Below are positions 28,267-41,548 of a stretch of DNA of 64,000 nt, in pieces. The notes under the pieces are model-generated. The model was not told where the DNA came from. It did no database searches and saw only the letters and a program-made list of their open reading frames with translations. The DNA is taken from assembly GCA_964016885.1 (NCBI GenBank), contig OZ024759.1, positions 12,648,001-12,712,000 on the forward strand. Reading direction: 5' to 3'. This DNA is from Eledone cirrhosa. Lineage: Eukaryota. Position 1 is the stretch's first letter; the number at the start of each line of letters is the position of its first letter. A program made the position numbers and the translations under genes.

Positions 28267-29637
28267 CAGCTGTAACTGGCTAGAATTCTCTCATCTCTTT
28301 CTATTCAAACCAGCTGTAACTGGCTAGAATTCTCTCATCTCTTTCTATTCAAACCAGCTGTAACTGGCTTGAATTCTCAAACCACTTTCTGTTCAAACCA
28401 GCTGTAACTGGCTAGAATTCTCTCATCTCTTTCTATTCAAACCAGCTGTAACTGGCTAGAATTCTCTCATCTCTTTCTATTCAAACTAGCTGTAACTGGC
28501 TTGAATTCTCTCACCACTTTCTGTTCAAACCAGCTGTAACTGGCTAGAATTCTCTCATCTCTTTCTATTCAAACCAGCTGTAACTGGCTTGAATTCTCAA
28601 ACCACTTTCTGTTCAAACCAGCTGTAACTGGCTAGAATTCTCTCATCTCTTTCTATTCAAACCAGCTGTAACTGGCTAGAATTCTCTCATCTCTTTCTAT
28701 TCAAACCAGCTGTAACTGGCTTGAATTCTCTCACCGCTTTCTATTCAAACCAGCTGTAACTGGCTAGAATTCTCTCATCTCTTTCTATTCAAACCAGCTG
28801 TAACTGGCTTGAATTCTCAAACCACTTTCTGTTCAAACCAGCTGTAACTGGCTAGAATTCTCTCATCTCTTTCTATTCAAACCAGCTGTAACTGGCTAGA
28901 ATTCTCTCATCTCTTTCTATTCAAACTAGCTGTAACTGGCTTGAATTCTCTCACCACTTTCTGTTCAAACCAGCTGTAACTGGCTAGAATTCTCTCATCT
29001 CTTTCTATTCAAACCAGCTGTAACTGGCTTGAATTCTCAAACCACTTTCTGTTCAAACCAGCTGTAACTGGCTAGAATTCTCTCATCTCTTTCTATTCAA
29101 ACCAGCTGTAACTGGCTTGAATTCTCTCACCGCTTTCTATTCAAACCAGCTGTAACTGGCTTGAATTCTCTCACCGCTTTCTATTCAAACCAGCTGTAAC
29201 TGGCTAGAATTCTCTCATCTCTTTCTATTCAAACCAGCTGTAACTGGCTTGAATTCTCTCACTGCTTTCTGTTCAAACCAGCTGTAACTGGCTAGAATTC
29301 TCTCATCTCTTTCTATTCAAACCAGCTGTAACTGGCTTGAATTCTCTCACCGCTTTCTATTCAAACCAGCTGTAACTGGCTTGAATTCTCTCACCGCTTT
29401 CTGTTCAAACCAGCTGTAACTGGCTTGAATTCTCTCATCTCTTTCTATTCAAACCAGCTGTAACTGGCTAGAATTCTCTCATCTCTTTCTATTCAAACCA
29501 GCTGTAACTGGCTAGAATTCTCTCATCTCTTTCTATTCAAACCAGCTGTAACTGGCTTGAATTCTCTCACCGCTTTCTGTTCAAACCAGCTGTAACTGGC
29601 TAGAATTCTCTCATCTCTTTCTATTCAAACCGGCTGT
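28267..29637. repeat. 44-bp minisatellite, ~31 copies, expanded inside piggyBac-like MITE 28250-29790
   Basis: period 44; both MITE termini and TTAA flanks intact; an unexpanded copy follows at 29795-30014. Confidence 0.95.
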
Positions 29638-30099
29638 AGGCAGCCATTCATACTGATGTTAAGGTATTGTTCTCAACATAAATAATACCAAAATCTCATA
29701 GATTCGATATTATGTAAGATAATTATGTGAGGTAAAGCCTTTACTGTGAAAATATAATAGTATATATAGAGTAATGTAAATGCTAAAGGGTTAACCCTTT
29801 AGCATTTAAACAGGCTGTATTTGGCTAGAATTCTCTCATCTCTTTCTGTTCAAACCGGCTGTAACTGGCTTCTCATATTGATGTTAAGGTATTATTCTCA
29901 AAATAAGTAATATCAAAATCTCATAGAATCGATATTATATAAGATATTATGTGAGGTAAAGCCTTTACCGCAAACATACAATAGTATATATAGAGTAATG
30001 TAAATGTTAAAGGGTTAAATGAATATTTAATTGATAAACCTCTTTCATGATACATTTTGTGGCCTTTTTTAATCTAAGTGCTTTAATACTGTACACCAT

Positions 30100-30540
30100 G
30101 TACACCAGGTCCGAATAATCCCACTGTCACTGACTCTATCTCCTGCGCTCCCCATCTCTCACGTACACCAGGTCCGAACACAGAGGAACCAAACTCCCAC
30201 TGTCATCACCTCCATCTCTCCCCATCTCTCACGTACACCAGGTCTGAACACAGAGGAACCAAACTCCCACTGTCATCACCTCCATCTCTCCTGCTGTCCC
30301 TGTCTCTCATGTACCCCAGGTCCAAACACAGAGGAACCAAACTCCCACTGTCATCACCTCCATCTCTCCTGCTGTCCCTGTCTCTCATGTACCCCAGGTC
30401 CAAACACAGAGGAACCAAACTCCCACTGTCATCACCTCCATCTCTCCCCATCTCTCATGTACCCCAGGTCCAAACACAGAGGAACCAAACTCCCACTGTC
30501 ATCACCTCCATCTCTCTCACCTTCCCCATCTCTCACTGTT
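30100..30540. repeat. 69-78-bp C-rich minisatellite, ~6 copies
   Basis: repeated CAGGTCCAAACACAGAGGAACCAAACTCCCACTGTCATCACCTCCATCTCTC. Confidence 0.85.
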
Positions 30541-30559
30541 ATGAGCAAATGGAGTCCCA

Positions 30560-31170
30560 TGCGCTGGCCACCACAAGATCCTGGCAGACAGAATGGAGAA
30601 GGTGTTTCCCCGGAGAATGGTAAGGGAGATGCGCTGGAAGAGTCATTCCATCTCGTGAGGCTCACACCTGCAGCTGGCCAGCTCAGTGACTATGGTGGTA
30701 AGTAGGGAGGTGGTCCTAGGGCCAAGGACACCAGAAGTCTCGACAGCTATGGGCTTGACTGCAAACCTGTCGGAGAGCGACCGGTACTTGGAGATTTAAC
30801 CCTCCTCAGTCCGAAGTGCTACAGAGCCTGTGTTAGTCGCAGACAGCACCAGGTTGCTGCTGGAGAATGTGTCGCTTCATGCGGCATCCCAGAAAAGGGG
30901 TTTACCAACGCGGAACGGGAAGATGGTCATGCCATCTGGCCTTTTGCAATCCCCTCTATCCAGCCCTAGTGGGTCGAGCTGCGAGGATTGAGAAGCCTGC
31001 AGCGTCCAAGCCATGTTTTATGACGCAGCATGGCATGGAAGGCAGCTGGTAATGTAGTGACAAGAAAGCAGGTGGAGGCCAAATGCGTCCACGGTGGACC
31101 TACAGTGACATTCGTGTAGCTTGCAGATCCGGAGGCCGGGTCTTAGGGAAACCCCGGTGCACAGGCTATC
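30560..31170 (-). mobile_element. Decayed CRE-like (RLE) retrotransposon 3' fragment
   Basis: reverse-complement similarity to 56479-57240 (e.g. CGGCCTCCGGATCTGC, GGCTTGGACGCTGCAGGCTT). Confidence 0.75.
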
Positions 31171-31872
31171 ATTGGAATTCGCATCATCAGTCTGGAACCC
31201 CTATCTTGCTCAGAACATTGACCTCCTGGAAACTGTTCAGAGACGTGCAACCAAGCGCATACCCTCCATCAGACACCTACCATACTCTGAACGCCTTGCT
31301 TCCCTGGGCATGAATTCATTGAAGCTCCGACGTCTGGCAATGGACTTGGTGAATACCCACAAAGTTTTTAACCATCTCGCCAATTGCAACCCTGAGCGCC
31401 TCTTTGATCTCCATGTATCTAACACACGTGGACATGCCTACAAGATAAGAAAACAGCACAGCTCCCATGACTTTCGCAGACATTTTTTCACGCTCAGAGT
31501 TGCTGAAGCATGAAACAAACTGCCTGCGTCAGTTGTTAACTGCCGAGACACTGCATCCTTTAAGACACTCATGCTTCCCGAAATACGCCAAAACTACACC
31601 TGATGTACCCCTTCCATACACATGCACACATGTGTGTATCATGACTCGTGCACTGTTCATTTTACTGATGTTTGTGCATTGCCCTATGTACTGTACATGC
31701 ACTTTTTGATGAGTTGTGGTGCACCTGAGCACTGTACACAATATTTCATTATTGTTATTGTTATTATATCATGACTCGTACACTGTTCATTTTCCTGACA
31801 CTTTATTATTCTATGTACTATACATGCACCTTTGATGAGTTGTAGTGCACCTGAGCACTGTACACAATAATT

Positions 31873-31903
<31 letters not shown>

Positions 31904-33420
31904 CCAGCTGCGTTGCCCGTTGAAAAGGAGGGTAAGGCACCAGTGAGGGATTGCGTGGCTGAGTGAAAACATGTGAGGTGGTGCTGGTTGAGCTGGCGCA
32001 CTAATCTGTCCAAAGCCAGGTTGTACTGGATGGCATCCCACATGTTCTGGGGGGAGTTGATGTCAACAAGGGGGAAAAGGTGAAGGGACGTCTACTGGGC
32101 TGGGTCTGAACCGGTTCTAAGTCTCGCAGGCTATGGTGGTGATTGTTGTTGTTGTTGTTGATGGTGGTGGTGGTGATTGTGGTGGTGGTGGTGGTGGTGG
32201 TGGTGGTGGTGGTAGTGATTGTGGTGGTGGTGGTGGTGGTTGGTGATTGTGGTTGGTGGTGGTGGTAGTGATTGTGGTGGTGGTGATTGTGGCGGTGGTG
32301 GTGGTGATTGTGGTTGGTGGTGGTGGTGGTGGTGGTGGTAGTGATTGTGGTGGTGGTGGTGGTGGTGGTGATGTTAGTGGTAGTGGTGGTGGCGGTGGTG
32401 ATTGGTAGTGGTAGTGTCAGTGATGGGGGTCGAGGGGTGGGGGTGTGATGTTGATGATGGTGATTGTGGTGGTGGCAGCAGTGATGGCGTTGGTGGTAAT
32501 GATGGTGGTGGTGGTGGTGATGGGGTTGATGATGGTTGTGGTAGGGTTAGTAATGATAGTTATAGTGCTGTTGATGATGATGATGGGGGTGTGACGTCTC
32601 TCACTCTTTTTTATCTCCTCCTCCCTCCCTTCCTTCCCCTATTTTCTCTTAATAAAAATATTTAAACCTAAATATAGAAATTTTCTGGGAATAAAACCTT
32701 TTTTCGTTTTTGTTAATGATTATTTAATTCTATTTAATTAATATTCATTATTTTTTTCGAGGTTAATTTTGCCTTTCATCCTTTCGGGGTCGATAAAATA
32801 AAGTACCAGTAATGTACTGGGGTAATTGCTGGCCTTGTGCCAAAAGTAGAAACAATTATATATAGGGCGGTGGACTGGCAGCATAGAGTTACGGCCCTTT
32901 ATGATCTGAGTTCAAATCCAGTTGAGGTTAACTTTGCCTTTCATCCTTAAGGGGTCGATAAAGTACCAGTAATGCACTGGTTATTTGCTGGCCTTGTGCC
33001 ATTTTTTATTGATTATTTTTTTAATTAAATATTTATTTATTTATTTTAAATTCGTTTACTCAGTTGCCATTGGTAACGAACTGGCCAATCAAAATCCGAC
33101 ATTCAACTTTTGTTTATTTGTTTTTTCTGTATAAACAAAAGTTTTGTTTGGGTTGAAATATTTTTTGTTGCTAGAATTTCGCTGCACCAATATCGAATAT
33201 CGATAAAGTAAGTTTTCCTAGGTTTATTTGAACGCTTTTGTACCAAAACTACCTGGAATCGTCCCTCATTCTAATACCTTACAAAATAATTCATTGTAAT
33301 GTGTTTATACTTATTTAAAAATACAAAAAAATATCAATTTTATGTAAGAACCTCTGTTAATTTATGTTCCAAACACCAGCTTAATAATGAGAAAGTTTCT
33401 GTCTATGTCATTAACCCTAT

Positions 33421-35546
33421 CATCATCATCATCATCAACGTTTAACGTCCGTGTTCCACGCTTGCATGGGTTTGGACGGGGGTTTTCCCACTTGAGGCAA
33501 GAGTGATTGTCTTGCTCGCATAGGACTGTCTGGCAGGTTTTCTACAGTTGGATGCCCTTCCTAACACCAACCACATTTACAGTGTGGGTCTGGGAGGTTT
33601 TTACCGTGTTGCCTACACGGCCACATTACAGCGTGGACTGTGTGTTTTTTTGTCGTGACACCTACACGATCTCATTTGTTTCGGCCTGGATGGTGTGGTA
33701 CCAACATAACTTTACATAGAAGGGGGCCGTGTGGATGGGGTGGGGGTGGTGGGACGGGGGTGTATTTTGTTAGAGGTGCCTACTGACTGTAGTAGGTTTT
33801 ACTATGTATTTAGGTAAGGCGGGTCTTCTCTATTACTGAGTACCGCCAAAGGTCTCGGTCCAGTGACATTGTCTTGGAGAGGTGTAAGTGTGTGAGGTCG
33901 AAGTTTATCAGCTCGTCCCAGGTTTTTCTGGGTCTGCCTACTCCGTGGCTACCGTCTATCTTTATTGCCCTGCACTTTGTTATACAGCTATCGACTTTCA
34001 TGCGCATCACGTGTCCATACCAACGTAGCCTTCTCTCGAGTAAACAACATCTGATCCCTCTTATTTCTAATTTTTTCCTTAGTTCGTTTATGCTTTGCCG
34101 TTCACGTATATTACTATTACACATCCAGCGGAGCATGCAAGCTTCGTTCCTCTCTAGTCTGCGTATATCCTCTGCACACAATGCCCAGGTCTCACTGCCA
34201 TGCAACATTGCTATTCGTATGCAGGCATCATACAACCTGCCTTTCATTTTTAGGGAGAACCCTTTAGCGGCTAATAGTGGTATAAGCTCTCTGAACTTTT
34301 TCCATCCAGTTCTGACTCTAGCTACTGTACTTTCAGAGCAACCCCCCCCCCCCCCCCCACTGCTGATTTTGTCACCCAGGTAACGGAAGCTGTCCACTAT
34401 TTCTATAGAGCCCTCTGCGCAGTTGAAAGAGCTAGTATTTTGTGGGCACTTGCTGCTACTTATTGCACCAGAGCACCGGCCACATGTGAAATCTATGTTC
34501 TTAGTTAGCTTACCTGTGATCCCACTACATCTTTTATGCACCCATACTTTGCATTTCTGACACAAAATGGAGTTTCTACCTACGCCTTTCCTACACACTG
34601 AGCATGGCCACTTCCCGGAAGGGACCGCCGCCTTATTTTCTTTCCTACAAACTAGAACTTTGGTCTTAGCCAGATTTATTTTAAGGCCTTTTGATTCTAG
34701 GCCGTGCTTCCATGTTTGGAATTTCTTCTCTAGCTCGGCCATTGATTCAGCTATGAGTGTTATGTCGTCTGCGTATAGGAGTTCCCATGGGCAGTCGGTC
34801 TTGAACTCCTCTGTTATAGCCTGAAGGGCAATAATAAATAGTAGGGGGCTGAGAACAGAGCCCTGATGGACGCCAACTTTTACGCTAAACTCTTCACTAT
34901 ATTCGTTATTAATTCTAACCTTGCTGACTGTTTCTTTATACATGGCTTGTATAGCTCTCACAAGCCATTCGTCGACACCTAGTTTTCTAAGGGCCCACCA
35001 GATAATGGAACGGGGGACTCTGTCGAAGGCTTTCTCCAAGTCGACAAAAGCTAAGTAGAGGGGTTTACTTTTAGCTAGGTACTTCTCCTGTAGTTGTCGT
35101 ACAATGAAAAGAGCGTCTGTGGTACTTTTGCCTCACACAAACCCGAACTGCATTTCATCTAGGTCAATTCTCTCTCTGATTAGTTGCGCTACTACTTTTT
35201 CCGTGACCTTCATGACCTGGTCGATTAATTTAATGCCTCTATAGTTACTCCTATCTAGGGCATCTCCTTTACCCTTATAACAGTTAACGATGATGCTGCT
35301 ATGCCAGTCCTTCAGAACAACCCCATTCTGTACGACTTGGTTAACTATCCGGGTGACCATGGTGTGTCCCACCGTGCCAGATGCCTTCAGCATCTCAGCA
35401 ACTATTTCCGAAGGCCCAGCCGCCTTACCTGTCTTCATATCCTTGATTGCCTTACTTATTATACTACCCTCGACTAACACTGCTGGTCCCTCTATTGGGT
35501 CGATGTGGGGGAGACTGTCTTTCTCCCATTTATTCTCCTCATTTAC
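33421..35546 (-). mobile_element. 5'-truncated RTE-clade LINE (second family): RT ORF with one frameshift, 3' UTR and (ATG)n tail
   Basis: ORFs 33810-35039 and 35133-35567 (NYRGI.L, QFGF, DLEKAFD, GVHQGSVLSP, YADD); another 3' copy at ~57550-58255(+). Confidence 0.95.
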
Positions 35547-35945
35547 CATATTTCTAATGAAAGACACTGTCTATGTCATTAACCCTATCATTACCATATT
35601 TCTAATGAAAGACACTGTCTATGTCATTAACCCAATCATTACTATATTTCTAATGAAAGACTCTGTCTATGTCATTAACCCTATCATTACCATATTTCTA
35701 ATGAAAGACACTGTCTATGTCATTAACCCTATCATTACCATATTTCTAATGAAAGACACTGTCTATGTCATTAACCCTATCATTACCATATTTCTAATGA
35801 AAGACACTGTCTATGTCATTAACCCTATCATTACCATATTTCTAATGAAAGACACTGCCTATGTCATTAACCCTTTCATTACCATATTTCTAATGAAAGA
35901 CACTGTCTATGTCATTAACATATTTCTAATGAAAGATACTGCTTA
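35544..35945. repeat. 48-bp minisatellite, ~8 copies, from the end of a second TTAA-CCC MITE family
   Basis: unit TTAACCCTATCATTACCATATTTCTAATGAAAGACACTGTCTATGTCA; related single-copy MITE start at ~58606. Confidence 0.9.
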
Positions 35946-36472
35946 TGATTTTCAAATAATTTTGAAAATAACTAAGAATTTAGAAAGATTTAGTAAAATA
36001 ATTAACTTTCTCATTATTAAGTTTTCATTTGGAACACAACTTAACAAAATTTCTCACATAAAAATACCATGGAAGGTTTTAAAATAAATTTAACTACTTT
36101 AACCCTTTCCTTACAATATTATAATATTATAGGGCGGTGGATTGGCAGTATCAGTAGAGAGTCGGACGCCATGCTTTCCAGCATAGTTACGTCCCTTTAC
36201 GGTCTGTGTTCAAATCCCGCCGAGGTTAACTTTGCCTTTCATCCTTACGGGGTCGATAAAATAAAGTACCAGTAATGTACTGAGTAATTGCTGGCCTTGT
36301 GCCAAAAGTAGAAACAATTATAATATTATATTTCATTGACCAATAATGATAGAGGAAAGAAAAATAGTGGGGAGGCAATTCACCATCGAGGGTGACAGTC
36401 GACCGCACCTCACACTTTAGGGGTTAACTACACACTTTGAGGCAAGTCAACACACTCACAGCATTACCACGT

Positions 36473-37553
36473 GTGATGGCAAGGCTAAGGCCCTGAAATA
36501 ACCAGGCACCCTAATAGACATCACCTGACACCCCAGGAAGGTGAGGTGATGGCAAGGCTAAGGCCCTGAAATAACCAGGCACCCTAATGGACATCACCTG
36601 ACATCTCAGTAAGGTGAGGTGATGGCGAGGCTAAGGCCCTGAAATAACCAGCCACCCTAATGGACATCACCTGACACCCCAGGAAGGTGAGGTGATGGCG
36701 AGGCTAAGGCCCTGAAATAACCAGGCACCCTAATGGACATCACCTGACACCTCAGTAAGGTGAGGTGATGGCGAGGCTAAGGCCCTGAAATAACCAGGCA
36801 CCCTAATAGACATCACCTGACACCTCAGTAAGGTGAGGTGATGGCAAGGTAAGGCCCTGAAATAACCTGGCACCCTAATAGACATCACCTGACACCTCAG
36901 TAAGGTGAGGTGATGGCAAGGTAAGGCCCTGAAATAACCAGGCACCCTAATAGACATCACCTGACACCTCAGTAAGGTGAGGTGATGGCAAGGTAAGGCC
37001 CTGAAATAACCTGGCACCCTAATAGACATCACCTGACACCTCAGTAAGGTGAAGTGATGGCAAGGCTAAGGCCCTGAAATAACCAGGCACCCTAATGGAC
37101 ATCACCTGACACCTCAGTAAGGTGAAGTGATGGCGAGGCTAAGGCCCTGAAATAACCAGGCACCCTAATGGACATCACCTGACACCTCAGTAAGGTGAGG
37201 TGATGGCGAGGCTAAGGCCCTGAAATAACCAGGCACCCTAATGGACATCACCTGACACCTCAGTAAGGTGAGGTGATGGCGAGGCTAAGGCCCTGAAATA
37301 ACCAGGCACCCTAATGGACATCACCTGACACCTCAGTAAGGTGAGGTGATGGCAAGGCTAAGGCTCTGAAATAACCAGGCACCTTCACGGGCATCACCTG
37401 ACACCTCAGTAAGGTGAGGTGATGGCAAGGCTAAGGCCCTGAAATAACCAAGCACCTTCACGGGCATCACCTGACACCTCAGTAAGGCAAGGCTAAGGCC
37501 CTGAAACAACCAGGCACCCTCACGGGCATCACCTGACACCTCAGTAAGGTGAG
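36473..37553. repeat. 72-73-bp minisatellite, ~15 copies
   Basis: unit GTGATGGCAAGGCTAAGGCCCTGAAATAACCAGGCACCCTAATGGACATCACCTGACACCTCAGTAAGGTGAG. Confidence 0.95.
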
Positions 37554-37697
37554 CTGCCAGTGATGACAAGAACTTCGCTGTCAGCGGCCCAACTCCTCTA
37601 AACATCCCAAATGCCACAGACTGGATGAAATGATTTGAAAAATCATAGACAGTGTTTATTCGTTGGAAATATGGTGACCAAACAGGTTAAAGTGTTT

Positions 37698-38320
37698 ATC
37701 ATCATCATCATCATCATCATCATCATCTTTTTACGTCCATTCTTCCACGCTAGCATGGGTTAGACGGGTTGTCCTGTTGTGGGCAGTGTCCAGTCGGCTG
37801 ACCTTGTCTTGCTCATACGGGAACTGATTTTGGCTTGATTTCTACAGCTGGATGCCCTTTCTAACACCAACCTCATTTACAGTGAGTGCTGGGTGCTTTT
37901 TTTCCGTGGCACCTCCACGTCCACTTTACAGTGTGGGCTGGGTGCGATTTTTTGTGGTACCTCCATGACCACTTTGCAGTGGGAGGGTGTGGGGGCATAT
38001 TGTCTATATGCTTCAGCTTCGGCTTGTACCCGAAGGGGGGTCGGGTCTTCTGTATTACTGCGTGATGCCAAGGGTCACGGTCGTGTGTTATTGGGTAAGG
38101 TCGGCTTTTATCACCTCATCCCAGGTCTTCTTGGGACTCCCCACTCCGCGGCTTCCATCGACTTCCAGTGCTCTGCACCCTTTTATGCAGCTGTCATCCT
38201 TCATACACATCACATGTCCATACCAACGCAACCGCCTCTACTGCACACAGCATTTGATTCCTCTTATGCTCAGTCTCTCTCTCAATTCATTTATACTTTG
38301 GCGTTCGCGTATGTTACTAT
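37698..38320 (-). mobile_element. 3' fragment of a third RTE-related family
   Basis: RLRWYGHV and GRPKKTW coding remnant plus 3' UTR and (ATG)n; shorter copy at ~9185-9646(+). Confidence 0.8.
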
Positions 38321-38414
38321 ATATTCATCTAAAAAAAACTTCCATCATAATTTTATGTAAGAGTCTTTAAGTTATGTTGCAAACACCAACATCTCCTTTT
38401 CCCTGCTTGCAAGG

Positions 38415-38456
<42 letters not shown>

Positions 38457-39394
38457 TATATATATATATATGGCGGGTTTTCTACAGCTGGATGCCCTTC
38501 CTAACACCAACCACATTTACAGTGTGGGACTGGGAGGTTTTTACCGTGTTGCCTACACAGCCACATTACAGCGTGGACTGTGTGTTTTTTTTTGTCGTGA
38601 CACCTACACGATCTCATTTGTTTCGGCCTGGATGTTGTGGCACCAACATAACTTTACATTGAAAGGGGCGGTGGGGGTGGTGGGACGGGGGTGTGTTTTG
38701 TTAGAGATATATATATATATATATATATAATATATATATCATATATATATATATATCATATATATATATATATATATCATTTCATTTCATTTCATTTCAT
38801 TTCATTTTACGTCCGCTTTTCCCTGCTTGCAAGGGTAGGACGGGAACTGATTCTGGCTTGATTTCTACAGCTGGATGCCCTTCCTAACACCAACCTCATT
38901 TACAGTGAGTGCTGGGTGCTTTTTTGGTGTGGCACCTCCACGACCACTTTGCAGTGGAATGATATGGACCCCAGTCCTATCATCTCATTTCTACAGCTGA
39001 GTAAACTGGAGCAATGTGAAATAAAGTGTCTTGCTCAAGGAAACAACACATCACCCGGTCTGAGAATTGAACTCACAACCATTTGATTGCAAGGCCAATG
39101 CTCTAACCACTAAGCCATAGAGTTACGGCCCTTGCCATTCTGAGTTCAAATCCTGCCGAGGTTAACTTTGCCTTTCATCCTTACGGGGTCGATAAAATAA
39201 AATACCAGTAATACACTGGGGTAATTGCTGGCCTTGTGCCAAAAGTAGAAACAATTATATTTAAAAGTGACAGCTGTAATTGAAAGCAGATTTAGAAGCA
39301 GTAAAATAGAAATTCAGTACTCTAGTATATTGATTCAGTTTACAAAAATATGTTATATTATAATAGATACCTAAATCATACCAAAGAAGCTTGT

Positions 39395-39872
39395 GTGGTC
39401 ATGTAGGTGTCACGACAAAAAGCCCCAGTCCACGCTGTAAAGTGGTCGTGTAGTAGACATGGTAAAAAGGCTCCCAGTCCACACTGTAAAGTGGTTGTGT
39501 AGTAGACACAGTAAAAAGGCTCCCAGTCCACACTGTAAAGTGGTTGTGTATTAGACATGGTAAAAAGGCTCCCAGTCCACACTGTAAAACGATCATGTAG
39601 AAGACAGAAAAAAGGCTCCCAGTCCACACTGTAAAACGATCATGTAGGAGACAGACAAAAGGCTCCCAGTCCACACTGTAAAACGATCATGTAGGAGACA
39701 GACAAAAGGCTCCCAGTCCACACTGTAAAACGATCATGTAGGAGACAGAAAAAAGGCTCCCAGTCCACACTGTAAAACGATCATGTAGGAGACAGAAAAA
39801 AGGCTCCCAGTCCACACTGTAAAACGATCATGTAGGAGAAAGTAAAAAGGCTCCCAGTCCACACTGTAAATA
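39395..39872. repeat. 47-49-bp minisatellite, ~10 copies, from the RTE/SINE 3' module
   Basis: repeated AAAAGGCTCCCAGTCCACACTGTAAA, running into the module GTTGGTGTTAGGAAGGGCATC. Confidence 0.9.
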
Positions 39873-40008
39873 TGGTTGGTGTTAGGAAGGGCATCAAGCC
39901 ATAGAAAACCTGCCAGATATAATTCTGTACGAGCGTGACACGCTCATTTCAGTTTTTTTATTTGTTTTGAAAAATTTCTTATCTGAAAACATGTATTGAA
40001 ACAGATAT

Positions 40009-40362
40009 TGTTATACTTTGGGAGGGTCATGCTGCAAATAAAACACATGCACCTGTTGTTTCACTTCAATTTATTTTAAATTTCCAGTTGGTTGGTTTGA
40101 TAACCGGATGATTGTTTATATATTGTGGACATATAGCACACAACACACAAAAGAAGATGGTGCAGGACAGAACAAAGGAGAGATACAAAATAAAAACCCA
40201 GTCACTGAAGAGGTCACAGAATGTGTGATGAAAGAGCTTTGAGAATATATAAACAACCATCTGGTTATCGAACCAACCAACCGGAAAGTTATAATAAATT
40301 GAAATGAAAACCAAAAAGTGCCTGTGTTTTTATTGGCAGCATGACCCTCCCAAAGTATAACA
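40009..40362. mobile_element. TGT...ACA MITE (Ginger-like), second copy in opposite orientation
   Basis: ~110-bp TIRs starting TGTTATACTTTGGGAGGGTCATGCTGC, ATAT on both sides. Confidence 0.75.
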
Positions 40363-40511
40363 ATATATATATATATACACACACACACTGTAAATGTGGT
40401 TGGTGGGTGCTCTAGGAACATAACCCCTGCCAATACCGGGGGGTGGGGGGGTCAACAGTGTATATATTAAAACATTATATTGTAATCTTTTTTCTCTTGT
40501 TTTCATTTCAG

Positions 40512-40730
40512 TTTACAAGATTCTGGAAAATTCTGCCGCTTAATGAATTTGAGAACCTAATGTACCAAGATTTTGTATCTCTGTATAGTCCTGGGAAGAA
40601 AAAACCATCCACTGGGAGCAAACCATTGAATACCGTTAGTATAAAATATCTTCTAGAACCATGGAAACCTTCTGGTCCTAGTTTCTGCAGAAATGCAAAA
40701 GAATTAATGTTAAAAGACAAACCTTTTGAA
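40512..40730 (+). CDS. EFCAB6: EFCAB6-like exon (phase 0/0): FTRFWKILPLNEFENLMYQDF...KDKPFE
   Basis: tttcatttcag acceptor, GAA|gtaagt donor; F..W...P.N....L.Y.DF motif recalled from EFCAB6. Confidence 0.85.
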
Positions 40731-40880
40731 GTAAGTAAAATGTAATTTCCAACATCTCAGCCTTTTTTTTATACCAAACCCATCTGACCCTTGCCCGTTG
40801 TTAGACCTGAGGTATAAAACTGCCTGTTTTAAAATGGTTTTCTCTATATTAACACTTAACATCCTGTTGTACCACATGAA

Positions 40881-41430
40881 ACCACTTTAGCAAGACATTC
40901 TTGACAAGTACAAAACAGCACTATAACTGTATCACATTAAATACTAAAGACTTTACTATAATACTGCAAATGTTCACAACAATCTGTCCACTAGTAAAGA
41001 TACTATAAACTTTTGAAGTAACAAGCCACGTGACACCACATTAGCAAGACATTCTTGACAAGTACAAAACAACACTATAACTGTATCACATTAAATACTA
41101 AAGACTTTACTATAATACTGCAAATGTTCACAACAATCTGTCCACTAGTAAAGATACTATAAACTTTTGAAGTAACAAGCCACGTGACACCACATTAGCA
41201 AGACATTCTTGACAAGTACAAAACAGCACTATAACTGTATCACATTAAATACTAAAGACTTTACTATAATACTGCAAATGTTCACAACAATCTGTCTACT
41301 AGTAAAGATACTATAAATATTTAGTACAAAACAACACTATAACTGTATCACATTAAATACTAAAGTCTTTACTATAATACTGCAAATGTTCACAACAATC
41401 TGTCTACTAGTAAAGATACTATAAATATTT
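40881..41430. repeat. 154-bp tandem repeat, ~3.5 copies
   Basis: CAAGACATTC recurs at 40891, 41045 and 41199. Confidence 0.9.
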
Positions 41431-41503
41431 AAATTAACAAACCTGTTTTTAAAGCCTTACAGCATACTATAAGTTAAGTGTCTCCTCCCTTTTTCTACTT
41501 CAG

Positions 41504-41548
41504 ATTGGTGCCACCAGATATTTTAGGAGGGGCTCCTTCAATTCAGAG
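41504..41548 (+). CDS. EFCAB6: EFCAB6-like 45-nt exon (phase 0/0): IGATRYFRRGSFNSE
   Basis: long pyrimidine tract plus cag, GAG|gtaagg donor; symmetric. Confidence 0.7.

Noticed and set aside
35290-36087. 265-aa + strand ORF
   Set aside because: Antisense of an RTE ORF joined to a 48-bp (16-codon) repeat.
41005-41022. AAACTTTTGAAGTAA in the 154-bp repeat resembles the exon 40730 donor (AAACCTTTTGAA|GTAA)
   Set aside because: The match is only ~15 nt in AT-rich DNA and the rest of the unit does not align; too weak to call a second splice-site-derived array.
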